64,000 nucleotides of DNA from the human T2T-CHM13v2.0 reference genome, Homo sapiens, in NCBI RefSeq assembly GCF_009914755.1, contig NC_060926.1; one strand, given 5' to 3'. Numbering within the stretch: the first letter of the stretch is position 1; each line of letters opens with the position of its first letter. Under the pieces are notes generated by a model. That model searched no databases and was not told where the DNA came from. It saw only the letters and a list, made by a program, of their open reading frames with translations. A program made the position numbers and the translations under genes. Below, piece by piece: positions 1-26,541 of the stretch.

Positions 1-1
1 A

Positions 2-1068
<1,067 letters not shown>

Positions 1069-1329
1069 GTAATAAATTGAATGACTGATTTGAAATGGTA
1101 AAATTAACTTAGAACAGGCCTGTTTTAAAATGGCTTTATTGAAATATAATTCACATACCATATAATTCATTCACTTAAAATATATAGTTCAGTAGTTTTT
1201 AGTACATTCACAGATTTTTGCAGTCATTAACATAGTCAATTTTCGCGCATTTATATTACCCCAAAGAGAAACCCCATATCCATTAGCAATCCCACCCATT
1301 GTCCTATGCCTTGCCCCTGACAACCATGA

Positions 1330-1676
<347 letters not shown>

Positions 1677-1810
1677 TAAATGCAGTTATACAATATGTGG
1701 TCTTTTGTGACTGACTGCTTTCACTTAGCATAATGTTTTCAAGGTTCACCTATGTTGTAGAGCATGTATCAGTATGTACTTTGAATTTTTTTTGTTTTTG
1801 TTTTTTTTGA

Positions 1811-2098
<288 letters not shown>

Positions 2099-2184
2099 TG
2101 AATTTTAAGTAAAATATTTGGTAAAGTACACAAAAATATTGGTGATAGTTTATAATTTTCTTTGTAACAAAAGTGGATTTGTAA

Positions 2185-2478
<294 letters not shown>

Positions 2479-2505
2479 TGATCTGCCTGCCTCGGACTCC
2501 CATAG

Positions 2506-2808
<303 letters not shown>

Positions 2809-3210
2809 TAGGATTACAGGCATGAGCCACCGCGCCCAGCCAAAAACTGCTTTTCTAAGTGTATCAGTTGTTCAAAGGTTATAAATGGTGAAGTTCTATG
2901 TTTACCATATGTGCTATCTAAGCGTCCACAGATGCAAATCTTTCACCCATATGAACAACAGCTAATTCATAACCTTATTTATGCAGAACACAGTAGACAA
3001 TGAGAAAGCAAACAAAAGAGGCTGTTCTGCTGCCCAAATAGTTGTTTCAGAGTCCCTTACCTGAAGCAAAGGAAACAACAGAATGAAAAGGCAGCCTATG
3101 GAATGGGAAAAAAATATTTGGAAACAATATATTTTATAAGGGATTAGTTACCAAAATATATATCAGATACTCCTACAACTCAGTAGCAAAAAACTAATAA
3201 TCATAGCAAC

Positions 3211-3903
<693 letters not shown>

Positions 3904-4881
3904 ATAACCCAATTAAAAAATGGAAGAAAACGCCGGGCGCAGTGGCTCACACCCATAATCCCAGCACTTTGGGAGGCTGAGGCGGGCGGATCACGAGGTC
4001 AGAAGTTCGAGACCAGCCTGACCAACATGGTGAAACCCTGTCTCTACTAAAAATACAAAAAGTAGCCAGGCGTGGTGGCACACACTTGTAATCCCAACTA
4101 CTCGGGGGGCTGAGGCAAGATTGCACCACTGCACTCCAGCCTGAGTGAAAGAGTGAGACAGTGTCTCAAAAAAAAAAAAAAAGAGAAAAGTGGAAAAAAA
4201 GTCTGAATAGACATTTCTCCGAATAAGGCATACAACAGGTATATGTTCAGTGTCACTAGTAATCATCAGGGAAATGCAAATCAAAATAAGAGTAATCACC
4301 TCACACCTGTCAGGATGGCTGTTGTCAAAAAACAAAAGAGCTAGTCCTGGTGAGGATATGGAGAAAAGAGAACCCTTGAACACTGTTGATGGGGATGCAA
4401 AATGGTGTAGCTACTATGGAAAACAGTATGGCGATTCCTCAAAAAATTAAAAATAGAATTGCCACAGAATGGATTGCTGAATAGATCCAGCAATCCCACC
4501 TCTGGATATTATCCAAAGGAATTGGAATCAGAATCTTGAAGAGACTGGGTGCCGTGGCTCACATCTGTAATGCCAACATTTTGGGAACCCAAGGCAGGAG
4601 GATCCCTTGAGGGAAGGAGTTTGAAACCAGCCTTGTTGACATAGTGAGAACTCATCTCTACAAAAGAAAAATTGAAAAACTAGCCAGCTTGGTGACACAT
4701 ACCTGTAGACCCAGCTACTGAGGAGGCTGAGACAGGAGGATCGTTTGAGCCTAGGAGTTCTAGGCTGCAGTGAACCATGATCGTGTCACTGCGCTTCTCC
4801 ATTCTGGGTGACAGAGCCAGATCCTGTCTCAAAAAAAAAAAAAAAATCTCGAAAAGAGATGAATGGGTAAAGAATATATAA

Positions 4882-5260
<379 letters not shown>

Positions 5261-5879
5261 TGAGGATATAATGGTGGTTGCCAGGGGCTAGGGGAAAGTG
5301 AAAATGAGGAGTTGCTAATCAGTGGGCATAAGGTTTCAGTTAAGCAAGATGAATAGGTCCTAGAGATATGCTGAACAACATAGTACCTATAGTTAACCAC
5401 ACTTTATTGTTCACTTAAAAATATGTTAAGAGGTTAGGTCTCATTTTAAGTGTTCTTACCATGATAAAATAAAAAAAACTTTTTAGAAAATCCCTCACCT
5501 GAAGCTTCTGTACTTTTATTATTATAGGAACTCCTGACATTTTAAGATGTGTTTACTGGCTGAGCGCAGTGGCTCACGTCTGTAATCCTAGCACTGTGGG
5601 AGGCCAAAGCAGGCACATTTCTTGACCCCAGGAGTTCAAGACTGGCCTGGGGCATATGGTAAACCCTCATGCCTACAAAATACAAAAATTAGCTATTGGA
5701 GAGGCTGGAACTATAGGCATGTGCCACCATACCTGGCTAATTTTTCGTATTTTTTTTATAGAGATGGGGTCTCCCTATGTTGCCCAGGCTGGTCTCAAAC
5801 TCCTGGGCTCAAGGGGTCCTCCCACCTCCGCCTCCTAAAGTGCTGGGATAATAGGCATGAGCCACTGCACCTGGCCTCC

Positions 5880-6700
5880 TTTCCAACCTGTATACATTTT
5901 ACTTCCTTTCCTTATCTTACTGGATTAGCTCGGACTTCCAGTACAACACTGATGAGGAATGGTGAGACGCAGCATCCTTGTCTTGTTCCTGATCTTAGTG
6001 GGAAAGCATCTAGTTTCTCCTGATTAAATATGATGTTAGATGTAGGCTTTTGCAGACATTGTTTACCAAGTTGAGAAAGTTCCCTTTCTCTTCCTAGTTG
6101 GTGGGGGTTTTATTATGAATGGTTGTTAGATATTGTCTAATGCTTTTTCTGCATATGTTGATATGATTATATTATTTTTCTTCTTTAGGCTAATGATGTG
6201 ATAGATTACATGAATTAATTTTCAGTGTTAAACCACTGCAGCCTCGCATACCTAGGATAAATCCTACACGGTTGTGGTGTTTACTTTTTTATATACATTG
6301 TTGTATTCTGTTTGCTAATATTTTGTTGAGTATTTTTGCATATATGTTCATGATAAATTTTCTGTAGCTTTCCTTTCTTGTAATGTCTTTGGTTTTAGTA
6401 TTAGCATAGTGTTATCCTCGTAGAATGAGTTAGAAGTATTCCCTCTGCTTCTATTTTCTGGAAGAGATTATAGAGAATTGGCATCATTTCTTTCTTAAAT
6501 GTTTGGTAGCATTCATCAGTGACATCATCCAGACCTGGTGCTTCTGTTTCGGAAGGTTATATATTATTGATTTAATTCCCTTAGTATGCATAAGCCTATT
6601 CATATTATCTGTTCCTTCTTGTGTGTGTTTTGATAGAGGGTGCCTTATAATAAATTGGTTCATTTCATCTAAGTTATCAATTTTAGGGGCATAAAGCAGT
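5880..6700 (-). mobile_element. Old L1 ORF2 (RT region) fragment
   Basis: CATCCTTGTCTTGTTCCTGATCTTAGTGGGAAAGC is the reverse of the L1 [12 protein letters not shown] coding motif; degenerate with stops. Confidence 0.8.
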
Positions 6701-6832
6701 TCTTAATGCCTTTGCTACTCTTTTTTCCTGTGCCTATACACTCATCAAAAGTGAAACAAACCCATTACCACCTGTTCAATGGAGCCAGAGTGCCCCAGTT
6801 TTCTGAACTGTACCTTATATCTCTTATTGTAG

Positions 6833-6997
<165 letters not shown>

Positions 6998-7014
6998 TAA
7001 TTTTTGTATTTTTA

Positions 7015-7543
<529 letters not shown>

Positions 7544-7788
7544 TCACTGCAACCTTGGCCTCCTGAGCTCAGCCTCCCAAGTAGCTGGGGCTACAGGTGT
7601 GCACCACCACGCCCAGCTTATTCTTTTCTTTTTTTATAGAGATGGGATTTCGCCATGTTGCCCAGGCTGGTCTCCAATCCTGGGCTCAAGCAGTTCTCCT
7701 ACCTTGGCCTCCCAAAATGCTGGGATTACAGGCATGAGCCATTGTGCCTGGCTGTATTTTCTATTGTAACTATTTCCTACGATACATC

Positions 7789-7841
7789 TCTACTCTACTC
7801 TACTCTTACTATACATTTCCACTCCACTCCACTCCACTCTA
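7789..7841 (+). repeat. (CTACT)n/(CCACT)n pentanucleotide microsatellite
   Basis: Visible tandem CTACT then CCACT units. Confidence 0.85.
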
Positions 7842-9181
7842 CCCTGAACCTCTTATAAACATAGACCGTTTCTTACTCGTCTTCATATCTCCCTGCCACC
7901 TAGCATGTAGTAGATACTCAATAAATATTTGAGTAATTTGAATGCACATGATGAAGTTTAATAGAATTTACACATTAAATAAATAACATGAAGGAATGAA
8001 ATTTCAGCTACTCTGGATGCTCAGCTTTATTGGCTTTGTATTTAGTAATTACTAATGGAGCACTAACTACCATCTGAACAGAAGAAACAGTTAAATACCA
8101 GAAAGCATAAAATGGTTATAATGATATTACTAATATTTGAGAGTGTACTGTGTGCCAGTATGTATACTGATACTTACTATATACCATGTTTAGGCTTTTA
8201 TATATATTTTCATTTAATCTTCACAACAACCATGTGAAATGAGTGGTGGTATCTGTATTTCACAGATAAGCAAAGCAAATCACATAGAAGTTAAGTTTAT
8301 TGTCCATTGTCAGTGTGACTAAATGAAGGCACTTAAATACAAACAGCAACACCCAGACTTTTAGACAATATGCTATACTGCTATGTGACTATGCTGATTA
8401 AAGGAAGGGGAAAATCACTAGTGTTATAAGAAACCATCTTAGGGTGTAACTATTTCTGTGTAAGAGGTATCATGTCATTGCTTTGGAAAAGGCATAATAC
8501 TTTGTGATGATATGGAGTATTTTAAGAGTATATACGAGAGGACTACCTAGGGAAGGAAAAAAATGTATACCTAAGTTAAAGCACTGCCCTGAGTATCGGC
8601 ATTTTAGTAACAATATAGTGATGGCCTTTTTTTTTTTTAAGAGATGAGGTCTCACTATGTTGCCCAGGCTAAAATGCAGTAGTTAGTCACGGCATTCTAG
8701 TGGGCTCAGTCACAGCACACTACAGCCTCAAACTCCTGGCCTCAAGTCACTCCTCAAGTGACTACAGACGTGCACCACCACGCCAAGGCTCAGTGATAGC
8801 TATTCTCCATGACAGTCTAGCATAGTGATTAAGAGCAGAGACATTGGTAGCTTGAGTTCAGTTCCTAGCACTGCCTCCTAGTAGCTTTGTGGTCTCTGGC
8901 AAATTTCTTAAGCTTTTTCTTCATCTATTAAATGGGGATAAAAATAATACCTACCTTTAGGGTCATTGTGAGGATTTGAATGAGTTGGCACATGTAAGGT
9001 ACTTAGAATAGTTCTTTATAAGATGTCATGGTTAGGATCACAGACTTGGGAGACAGAGTGGCAGCATGGTTAGTTAACAGTATCTAACTTTGCCGGGCGT
9101 GGTGGCTCACGCCTGTAATCCCAGCACTTCGGGAGGCTGAGGCAGGCGGATCACGAGGTCAGATCGAGATAATCCTGGCTA

Positions 9182-9391
<210 letters not shown>

Positions 9392-9515
9392 CTAACTTAT
9401 ATTTCCTGGCACAGTATAAGAGGTATAAAAGTATGATTTATAATACTTTATAAAAGTATTATTTATAGAATTTGAGAAATCGTATTTCTGTACTTTTATA
9501 AATTTTCCTGCATGA

Positions 9516-9808
<293 letters not shown>

Positions 9809-9979
9809 TGATCTCTTGACCCCGTGATCCGCCTGCCTCAGCCTCCCAAAGTGCTGGGATTACAGGCATGAGCTACCTCACCCAGCTGATATTTCTTCTA
9901 TAAAGAAATAAAAATACAAAATAAAAACCAGTAAAGTATTAAACTACTATAGGCTGGATACAGTGGCTCACACCTGTAA

Positions 9980-10183
<204 letters not shown>

Positions 10184-10824
10184 TGAGTAGCTGGGAGTAC
10201 AGGAGCGTACCATCATGCCCAGCTAATTTTTGTATTTTTTGTAGAGACAGGGTTTCACCACGTTGGCCAGAATGGTCTCAATCTCTTGACTTCATGATCC
10301 TCCCGCCTTGGCCTCTCAAAGTGCTGGGATTACAGGCATGAGCCACTGTTCCCAGCCTCTCCAAAACATTTTTAAAATTCAGCCAGCTGTGGCAATGTGT
10401 GCCTGTAGAACCAGCTACTTGGGGGAGAATCACTTGAGTCCAGGAGGTTGAGGCAGCAGTGAGCTGTGATCATGCAACTGCACTTCATCCTGGGTGACAG
10501 AATGAGACTCTGTCTCAAAAATAAATAAATAAATCACTATAAATAATGTTTTCAGTGGGAAATATTCTGAAGTGTGCAAAGGAACAAAAATGCAATTGTT
10601 CCTGATGCATTATCCCCTTTAGTTCAAAAGTGTTTTCTGTTACCAAAAAAACGCATAGTAATCCCTTTTAAAGTCATTTTGAGCCCTTTAAAAATAACAC
10701 ATTTTTGGCCAGGAGCAATGGCTCACACCCGTAGTCCCAGCACTTTGGGTGGCCAAGACAGGCACATCACTGGAGCCCAGGAGTTTGAAACCAGCCTGGG
10801 CAACACAGTGAAATCCCATCTCTA

Positions 10825-10989
<165 letters not shown>

Positions 10990-11032
10990 TCAAAAAACAG
11001 AACAAAAACACCACACATTTTCTACTCCAGAC

Positions 11033-11799
11033 CAGTGGTTTTTAACCTAGAGAGATTTTTGCCCCTAGATGCATTTGGCAATGTGAAGAGATGTTTTTGG
11101 TTGTTATAACACTGGGGATTGGGGATGGGGCAGGGATGTGCATCCTACTTGTTGTATCTCATGGGTAAAGGCCAAGGATACTGTTTAACATTCTGCAACA
11201 GTGATCCCCAACTTTTTTGGCACCAGGGACTGGTTTTGTGGAAGACAGTTTTTCCACGGACCTGTCAGGAGAGAAGGGGAGAAGGGGAGATGGTTTTGGG
11301 ATGATTCAAGCACATTACATTTATTTGCACTTTATTTCTATTATTATTACATTGTAGTGTATAATGAAATAATTATACATCTCACCATAATGTAGAATCA
11401 GTGGGAATCCTAAGCTTGTTTTCCTGCAACTAGATGGTCCCATTTGGGGGCAATGGGAAACAGCGACAGATCATGAGGCATTAGAGTCTCATAAGGAGCC
11501 TGCAACCTATATCCCTTGGATGCTCAGTTCACAGGTTCATGCTCCTATGGGAATCTAATGCCACCACTGATCTGACAGGAGACAGAGCTCAGGTGGTAAT
11601 GTGAGCGATGGGAGCAACAGTAAATACAGATGAAGCTTTGCTTGTTCGCCTGTCACTCACCACCTGCTGTGCAACCTGGTTTCTGACAGGCCATGGGCTT
11701 AGGGGTTGGGGATCCCAATCTCCAGTGCACAGGACACCTCATACAGCAAAGCATTATTCATTTCTAAATGTTAGTAGAGCTGAGGTTGAGAAAACCATG
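11033..11799. mobile_element. MER20 (hAT) with nested MER1A (~11199-11716)
   Basis: MER20-like CATTTGGCAATG..GAGATGTTTTTGGTTGT and GCTGAGGTTGAGAAA ends; inner CCCCAACTTTTTTGGCACCAGGGACTGGTTT...GGGGTTGGGGATCCC, MER1-like. Confidence 0.7.
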
Positions 11800-11972
11800 C
11801 TCTGGACTAAAAAGGGGTTAATGACTTCCCCAAGGTTATATTAACTTAGGAGAGGGCCTGAACTACAGACATGCACGTAGCATCTAAGTTCAATATCCTT
11901 AACTAGAACAAAATAAGTAAATTTTTAGAGACCTAATAGTTAATAGTGCCTGTTTTTCTTTATCTTGTTTAG

Positions 11973-12111
11973 GGTTTGTGAAACAGGATCTGATAATCAA
12001 CCTCTTGGTAATAATCAACAATCAAATTGTGAATATTTTGTTGATAGCCTTTTTGAGGAAGCTCAGAAGGTTAGTTCCAAATGTGTGTCTCCCGCTGAAC
12101 AGAAGAAACAG
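11973..12111 (+). CDS. UBXN2A: UBXN2A internal coding exon (first coding exon in window), (W)VCETGSDNQPLG...AEQKKQ
   Basis: Polypyrimidine tract + AG at 11971-72; donor GTAAAT at 12112; 139 nt, phase 2 to 0; peptide matches recalled UBXN2A N-terminal region and joins in frame to the next exon. Confidence 0.95.
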
Positions 12112-12474
12112 GTAAATAAATGTCTATTACTTTTCTTTTTCTTTCAGTGTTTCTCAATATATGGACCTGTTAGAGGGTCCCTAAGGTCAAAATTGTTTTG
12201 TTTGAGACAAGGTCTTTCTCTGTCACCCAGACTGGAGTGCAGTGGCTCGATCTTAGCCCACTGCAACCTCAACCTCCTGGGTTCAAGCAGTCCTCCTGCC
12301 TCAGCATTCGCAGGTAGCCCGGACCTCAGCACACACCACCATGCCCAGCTAATTTTTTTATTCTTTTGTAGAGACGGGGTCTTGCTTTGTTGCCCAGGCT
12401 GGTCTCAAATTCCTGGGCTCAAGTAGTTCTCCTGCCTTGGTTTCCCAAAGTGCTGGGATTATAGGTGTGAGGCC

Positions 12475-16200
<3,726 letters not shown>

Positions 16201-16491
16201 GTGTTTGTGAAAAATCCTTTCACTCTGATTCGCTTTTTAAATTAAAACTTAATCTATTAGTTGTGAAAGGCTTATGTTGAAAAAAGGCTTATGTTAAAAA
16301 GCAGACTTATTACTCCTTGACCCTAGCATCTACTTTCTTTTTTCGTTTTTTTAAGATGGCGTTTCACTACTGTTGCCCAGGCTGGAGTGCAGTGGTGCGA
16401 TCTCATCTCCCCACAGCTTCCACCTCCTGGGTTCAAGCGATTCTCCTACCTCAGCCTGGGATTACAGGCATGCACCACCATGCCTGGCTAA

Positions 16492-16650
<159 letters not shown>

Positions 16651-17119
16651 TAACTCTTAGATATTTCTACTGACATGAGCTTTCTGTTTCTGATAATATG
16701 CTAATAGTGATAGTTATTGATTTTTCAGATTTTTGAATTATGTATTCACTTCGTATTATACATAATAAGGATTTAGCTCTTTTTCTACCTTCCCCCTCTC
16801 CTCAGATCACCTCTTCCCATTCTTCTAACATAGTTGTGTCACAATTGGGGATTAAATCAATTGTTATTTATATCTGTAAAAGTGTAAATACTGTACAGCA
16901 TAAGCGGGAGCTACCGCGCCTGGCCCACCAGTTAAAATTTTTCTAAGGGAAGATTGCGGTGAAACCCTTCTTCCTTCAGTGGATTGGTTGTCGACTAGGG
17001 GAGCTCTACTGCTCTTGCTCTGGAATCTATGATCCTGAGTATTCTCTCTCCTGATTACTCAATTCTGTGCCTCGCCCAACATCGCTTCCCCCTTATATTT
17101 TAATGTTTATGAAGCCAGT

Positions 17120-17442
17120 TGTAGTAGTCCATTTTTACGCTGCTGATAAAGACATACCCGAGACTGGGAAGAAAGGAAATTTAATTTGACTTAGTTCCAC
17201 ATGGCTGGGGAGGTCTCATAATCATGGCATCAGCAGGAGAAAATGAGCAAGAAGCAAAAGTGGAAACTCCTGATAAACCCACCAGATCTCGTGAGACTTA
17301 TTCACTATCACAAGAATTGCATGGGAAACACGGGCCCCCGTGATTCAATTACCTCCCCCTTGGTCCCTCCCACAACACACGGGAATTCTGGGAGATACAA
17401 TTCAACTTGAGATTTTGGTGAGGACACAGCCAAACCATATCA
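17120..17442 (-). mobile_element. THE1 (MaLR) solo LTR
   Basis: TGTAGTAGTCCATTTTTACGCTGCTGATAAAGACATACCCGAGACTGGG ... GGACACAGCCAAACCATATCA. Confidence 0.85.
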
Positions 17443-17665
17443 ATGATTTTGATTTTTTGTGGAAACTGGGTCTCGCTATGTTGCCAGGGCTGGTCTCCAA
17501 CTCCTAGGCTCAAGTAGTCCTCCTGTCTTGGCCTCCCGAAGTGCTGGGATTACAGGAGTGAACCACCCCACCCGGCCTGAATAGTGATAGAAGAAATTTT
17601 CAAAGGACTTTCAATCCTACTACATTTTATTAACATGACGCATTTTGTTTCCTACTGTTTTGCAG

Positions 17666-17772
17666 GTAGATGTAAATATAAAATTATGGAAAAACGGATT
17701 CACCGTCAACGACGATTTCAGAAGTTATTCCGATGGTGCCAGTCAGCAGTTTTTGAACTCCATCAAAAAGGG
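17666..17772 (+). CDS. UBXN2A: UBXN2A coding exon, SEP domain start VDVNIKLWKNGFTVNDDFRSY...SIKKG
   Basis: TTTTGCAG acceptor, GTGAGT donor at 17773; 107 nt; LWKNGF motif typical of SEP domains (p47/p37 family). Confidence 0.96.
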
Positions 17773-19121
17773 GTGAGTAGCCAGGTGTGGTAGGTCAAGC
17801 CTGTAAACCCAAAACTTTGGCAGGCTGTGGCGAGAGGATTGCCTGAGCTCAGGAGTTCAAGGCCAGCCGGGGAACATAGCCAGACCTCATCTCTACTTAA
17901 AAAAAGAAAATTACCAGCCAGCCCAGCTACTCAGGATTGCTTGCACTTGGGAGACTGAGGCTACAGTGAGCCATGCTTGCACTACTGCACTCCAGCCTGG
18001 GCAACAGCACGATGCCCTGTCTCCAAAAAAAAAAAGGCGGGGGTCGGGGGGGTGGGGGTGGGCTTGGTGGCTCATGCCTGTGATCCCAGCACTTTGGGAG
18101 GCTGAGATGGGGAGATCACCTGAGGTTGGGAGTTCGAGACACCAGCCTGACCAACATGGAGAAACCCCATCTCTACTAAAAATACAAAATTAGCCGAGTG
18201 TGGTGGCACATGCCTGTAATCCCAGCTACTTGGGAGTCTGAGGCAGGAATTCACTTGAACCCGAGAGGCGGAGGTTGCAGTGGGCCAAGATTGCACCATT
18301 GCACTCCAGCCTGGACAACAAGAGCAAAACTCCATCTCAAAACCAAAGCAAAACAAAAAAAACAACGAGCTGGAATGAGTAATCTTTGTAATCAGAAGAT
18401 ATTTTAGGCATTGTTTTGGTGAAAGAATCCATTTTAATGTTCACACACTCCCTACACATTCACAGATATACTTTTTCTTTTGTACATTCACATTTTTATA
18501 AGATGAATTTTCTTAAGAGAACCACAACTACAATTTTTTTTTTCCCGAGATGGAGTCTTGCTCTTTTGCTCAGGCTGGAATACAGTGACATGATCTCAGC
18601 TCACTGCAGCCTCCGCCTACTGGGGTCAAGTGATTCTTGTGCCTCAGCCTCCCGAGTAGCTGAGATTACGGGTGTGTGCCACCATGCCCATCTAATTTTT
18701 GTATTTTTTAATAACAGTTTCACCATGTTGGCCAGGCTAGTCTTGAACTCCTGACCTCAAGTGATCTGCCCACCTCTGCCTCCCAAATTGCTGAGATTAC
18801 AGGTGTGAGCCACCACGCCTGGCCAACAAATATAATTTTGAAGAAAGTTTAGGAACTTGAATTCTGATCAACCCAAATCTTACTTAAACTAATTTACTTT
18901 ACTAAGTATTTTCTAATACCTCATTTTCTTTATTATTTAATTTTGTTTAAATGTTTAAATATCTTTAAAGTCTTTAAAATGGTCATGGTAGAAGTCTCTC
19001 TGACCCTACTCTGGCTTGGGAGGCTGCCCGATTCATGAATAAAAATTTTAAAAGAATCTGCCGGGCACAGTGGCTCATGCCTGTCATCCCAGCACTTTGG
19101 GAGGCCGAGGCGTGCAGATCA

Positions 19122-19394
<273 letters not shown>

Positions 19395-19539
19395 TTACGC
19401 CTGTAATCCCAGCACTTTGGGAGGCGGAGGCGGGTGGATCACGAGGTCAGGAGTTCAAGACCAGCCTGGCCAACATAGTGAAACCCCGTCTCTACTAAAA
19501 ATACAAAAATTAGCCACGCATCGTGGCACGTGCCTGTTA

Positions 19540-19692
<153 letters not shown>

Positions 19693-20175
19693 TTATGAAT
19701 CTAAGTATTATACATGCTTGGTCTAGAAAATTTTTTTAAGTATTAAGAACTCGAAAATCAGCCAGGCATGGTGGCTCATACCTAATCCCAGCACTTTGGG
19801 TAGCCAAGGTGGGTGGATCACCTGAGGTCAGGAGTTCAAGACCATCCTGGCCAACATGGGAAAACCCCATCTCTACTAAAAAATACAAAAATTAGCCGGG
19901 CATGGTAGCAGGCGCCTGTAATCCCAGCTACTTAGGAGGCTGAGGCAGGGAGAATTGCTTGAACCCAGGAGGCAGAGGTTGCAGTGAGCTGAGATCATGC
20001 TACTGCACTCCAGCCTGGGCGACAGAGCGAGACTCTGTCTCAAAAAAAAAAAGAACTTAAAAATCACTTATAATTTAACCACTCTGAAGTAACTGCTGTT
20101 AACATTTTTGTTGAATTTCATTTTATCATTTTCTGTCCATAGATGCATATATACTATGTGTACATTTATTTTTAA

Positions 20176-20446
<271 letters not shown>

Positions 20447-20639
20447 TAGTAAAGATGAGGTCTTGCTGTGTTACCCAGGCTGGTCTCAAACTCCTGATCT
20501 CAAGCAATCCTCCTGCCTCGATCTGCCAAATTGCAGGGATTACCAGCGTGAGCCACCACGCCCAGCCAAGTATTTTAAATTTTACCACTATGAAAAATAT
20601 TTTTGACTATTTTCTTTTATTTATGTAAAAAAAAAAACC

Positions 20640-21750
<1,111 letters not shown>

Positions 21751-21999
21751 TTAACTCAAACAGAAAAAAATAAAACAATTACCTAGAATTGCTATATGTA
21801 TACAGTGGTATTTATTCACTAAAATATTTTTTAAACTTTCTTATTGAAGTATGGCTTATATACACAAAGGTACAGGCCAGGTAGGCCAGGTGTAGTGGTT
21901 AATGCCTGTAATCTCAACACCTTCGGAGGCCAAGGCAGGAGGATCATTTGATCCCAGGAATTAAACCAGCCCGGCCAACATAGCGAGAACCTGTCTCTA

Positions 22000-22206
<207 letters not shown>

Positions 22207-22295
22207 GAAAAGTGCAGAAATCATAAATATATACTAAATGAATTTGTATTATTTCCGTTTTCAGAATAAATCAACTACTTTATTAGAATTTGTTA

Positions 22296-22475
<180 letters not shown>

Positions 22476-22617
22476 TCAGGAGTCTGAGGCAGGAGGATCG
22501 CTTCAGCCCAGGAGGTCAAGGCTGCAGGGAGCCATGATTGCACCACTGCACTCCAGCCTGGGAAACAGAATGAGACCCTGTCCCAAAAACAAGAAACTCA
22601 AATTATTTATTTAACAG

Positions 22618-23140
<523 letters not shown>

Positions 23141-23592
23141 TGTAGTATATAGTCATCAAGTATTTCATGACTTTAGTACTATTTTAGGTACTGCTATAAA
23201 ACTCATGCTGGTTGGGGGGCAGTGGTTCACGCCTATAATCCCAGCACTTTGGGAGTCTGAGGGAGGAAGATTGCTTGAGCCCAGGAGTTCAAGACCAGCC
23301 TGGACAAGACCCTGTCTCTACAGAAAATTTAAAAAATATATGCTTTCACAATAAAAAATAATAAAAACTGATGCTGTTCATGAGCTTATGGTCTTAAAAA
23401 TTATATTCCTGTGGGTTTTTGGTATTCATATTATTTAACTACATTGTTTTGAATACATTTAGTTATTTCATTGTATAGAATATTATATATTTCTGTATAT
23501 TTCTACATATTCATTTTTTGTATGTACAGAATGTTTTTCAGAGAAATAAAATACATTGGGAGCTTTATCATTTTCTTTCTTTGTTTTCCAAG

Positions 23593-23730
23593 GGAATTAC
23601 CTTCAGAATTACAGGGAATTTTTGATAAAGAAGAGGTGGACGTTAAAGTTGAAGACAAGAAAAATGAAATATGTTTGTCTACGAAGCCTGTGTTCCAGCC
23701 CTTTTCAGGACAGGGTCACAGACTAGGAAG
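23593..23730 (+). CDS. UBXN2A: UBXN2A coding exon ELPSELQ...FQPFSGQGHRLG (SEP end + SHP box)
   Basis: AG 23591-92, donor GTAAAT 23731; 138 nt, phase 2-2; FSGQGHRLG is an SHP-box p97-binding motif (FxGxGxxL). Confidence 0.96.
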
Positions 23731-23799
23731 GTAAATATGCCTATTGTCTTGTTTTGCATAGATCAAGGCTTAACTAATATTCTGTCTATCAGTATTTTA

Positions 23800-24202
<403 letters not shown>

Positions 24203-24294
24203 TCAAAAAAAAAGAAATGCCAGCAATACAGTAAAAAATCATGCAGGCTTTTTTGTTTTTCTTTTTTTCAAATCAAAAGGGCTTGGCTTATTAA

Positions 24295-24718
<424 letters not shown>

Positions 24719-25369
24719 TGATCTATGTATGAATTTTGAGGTAATAAAAATGAAAATCAGTGTCAGTATCAAAGCCTTAAATTATTTTCAAGTTTTACAG
24801 TTTCCATCCTATCTAACAGAATATGCAGAGAGATTATATAGATATGAGAGCTCTTTGATTTTTATAAATTCTCATATTTTAAATTATCAAGATTGGTAAG
24901 GTGCATACATATTCATCCACACATACAAATATATCTGGATGCATCCTTCAGAATGATCAGGAAGTACTTTATTTAGTTTCTTTTTCATTATAACCTAAGG
25001 ACTAAGCTCAATAAAGAACTTATAATTTCTTCTAGAAATTTAACCTGGGCAGTAGGTAAAGGTAAAGTCCATAGATCTATGAACCTTCTTTAAAATTATC
25101 CATTCTGTAAAGCACTACTCAAATAATACCAGTAATAATATATGTAGCTTACAAATTACTCAGATATGTATAACTTCATCAGATTCTTAGAACCATCATA
25201 TATTGTGGACATAAATAATATATCTTTCTGTTATTACTGAAGAAACACATATAACTTAAAAAATCTTCCTTAAAGTTATACTTGCTATAATATTTTTATA
25301 GTAATTATTTAATAATAAAGTTTTATTGAATGGAAAAAACGTCTAACTTTGTTGTCTGGATTTCCTTAG

Positions 25370-25528
25370 TGCCACACCAAAAATTGTTTCTAAAGCAAAG
25401 AATATTGAAGTTGAAAATAAAAATAATTTGTCTGCTGTTCCACTGAACAACTTGGAACCCATTACTAATATACAGATCTGGTTGGCCAATGGAAAAAGGA
25501 TTGTCCAGAAATTTAACATTACTCATAG
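25370..25528 (+). CDS. UBXN2A: UBXN2A coding exon ATPKIVSK...TNIQIWLANGKRIVQKFNITH (UBX domain start)
   Basis: TTTCCTTAG acceptor, GTGAGT donor at 25529; 159 nt, phase 2-2; IQIxLAxG...FN UBX signature. Confidence 0.96.
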
Positions 25529-25805
25529 GTGAGTCTTCAATTTCAGTATTTGATATTTTTTCACCAAGTTAAAATTTCATTTTTTCTTTTTGGTTCAGTC
25601 AACAGTTTATTTTTTAGAGATAGAATCTTTCTTTGTTGCCCAGGCCAGAGTGCAGTGGCACAGTCATAGCTCACTGCAGTCTTGAAGTCCTGGATTCAAG
25701 CAATCCTCCCACCTCAGCCTCCTGAGTTGTAGAACTACAGCCACATGCCACCATGCCCAGCTAACTTTTTTTTTTTAATTTTTATTTATTGCCAGCTAAT
25801 TTTAA

Positions 25806-26261
<456 letters not shown>

Positions 26262-26394
26262 TAATAAATAGTTCTCTAAACATAATTATGTCTAGACAGT
26301 TTTTTTTTTTTTTTGAGGCAAGGTCTCACTCTGTCACCCAGGCTGGAGTAGAGTGGCGCGAGCCACCGTGCCCAGCTGATAATGGGTATTTTTA

Positions 26395-26541
<147 letters not shown>

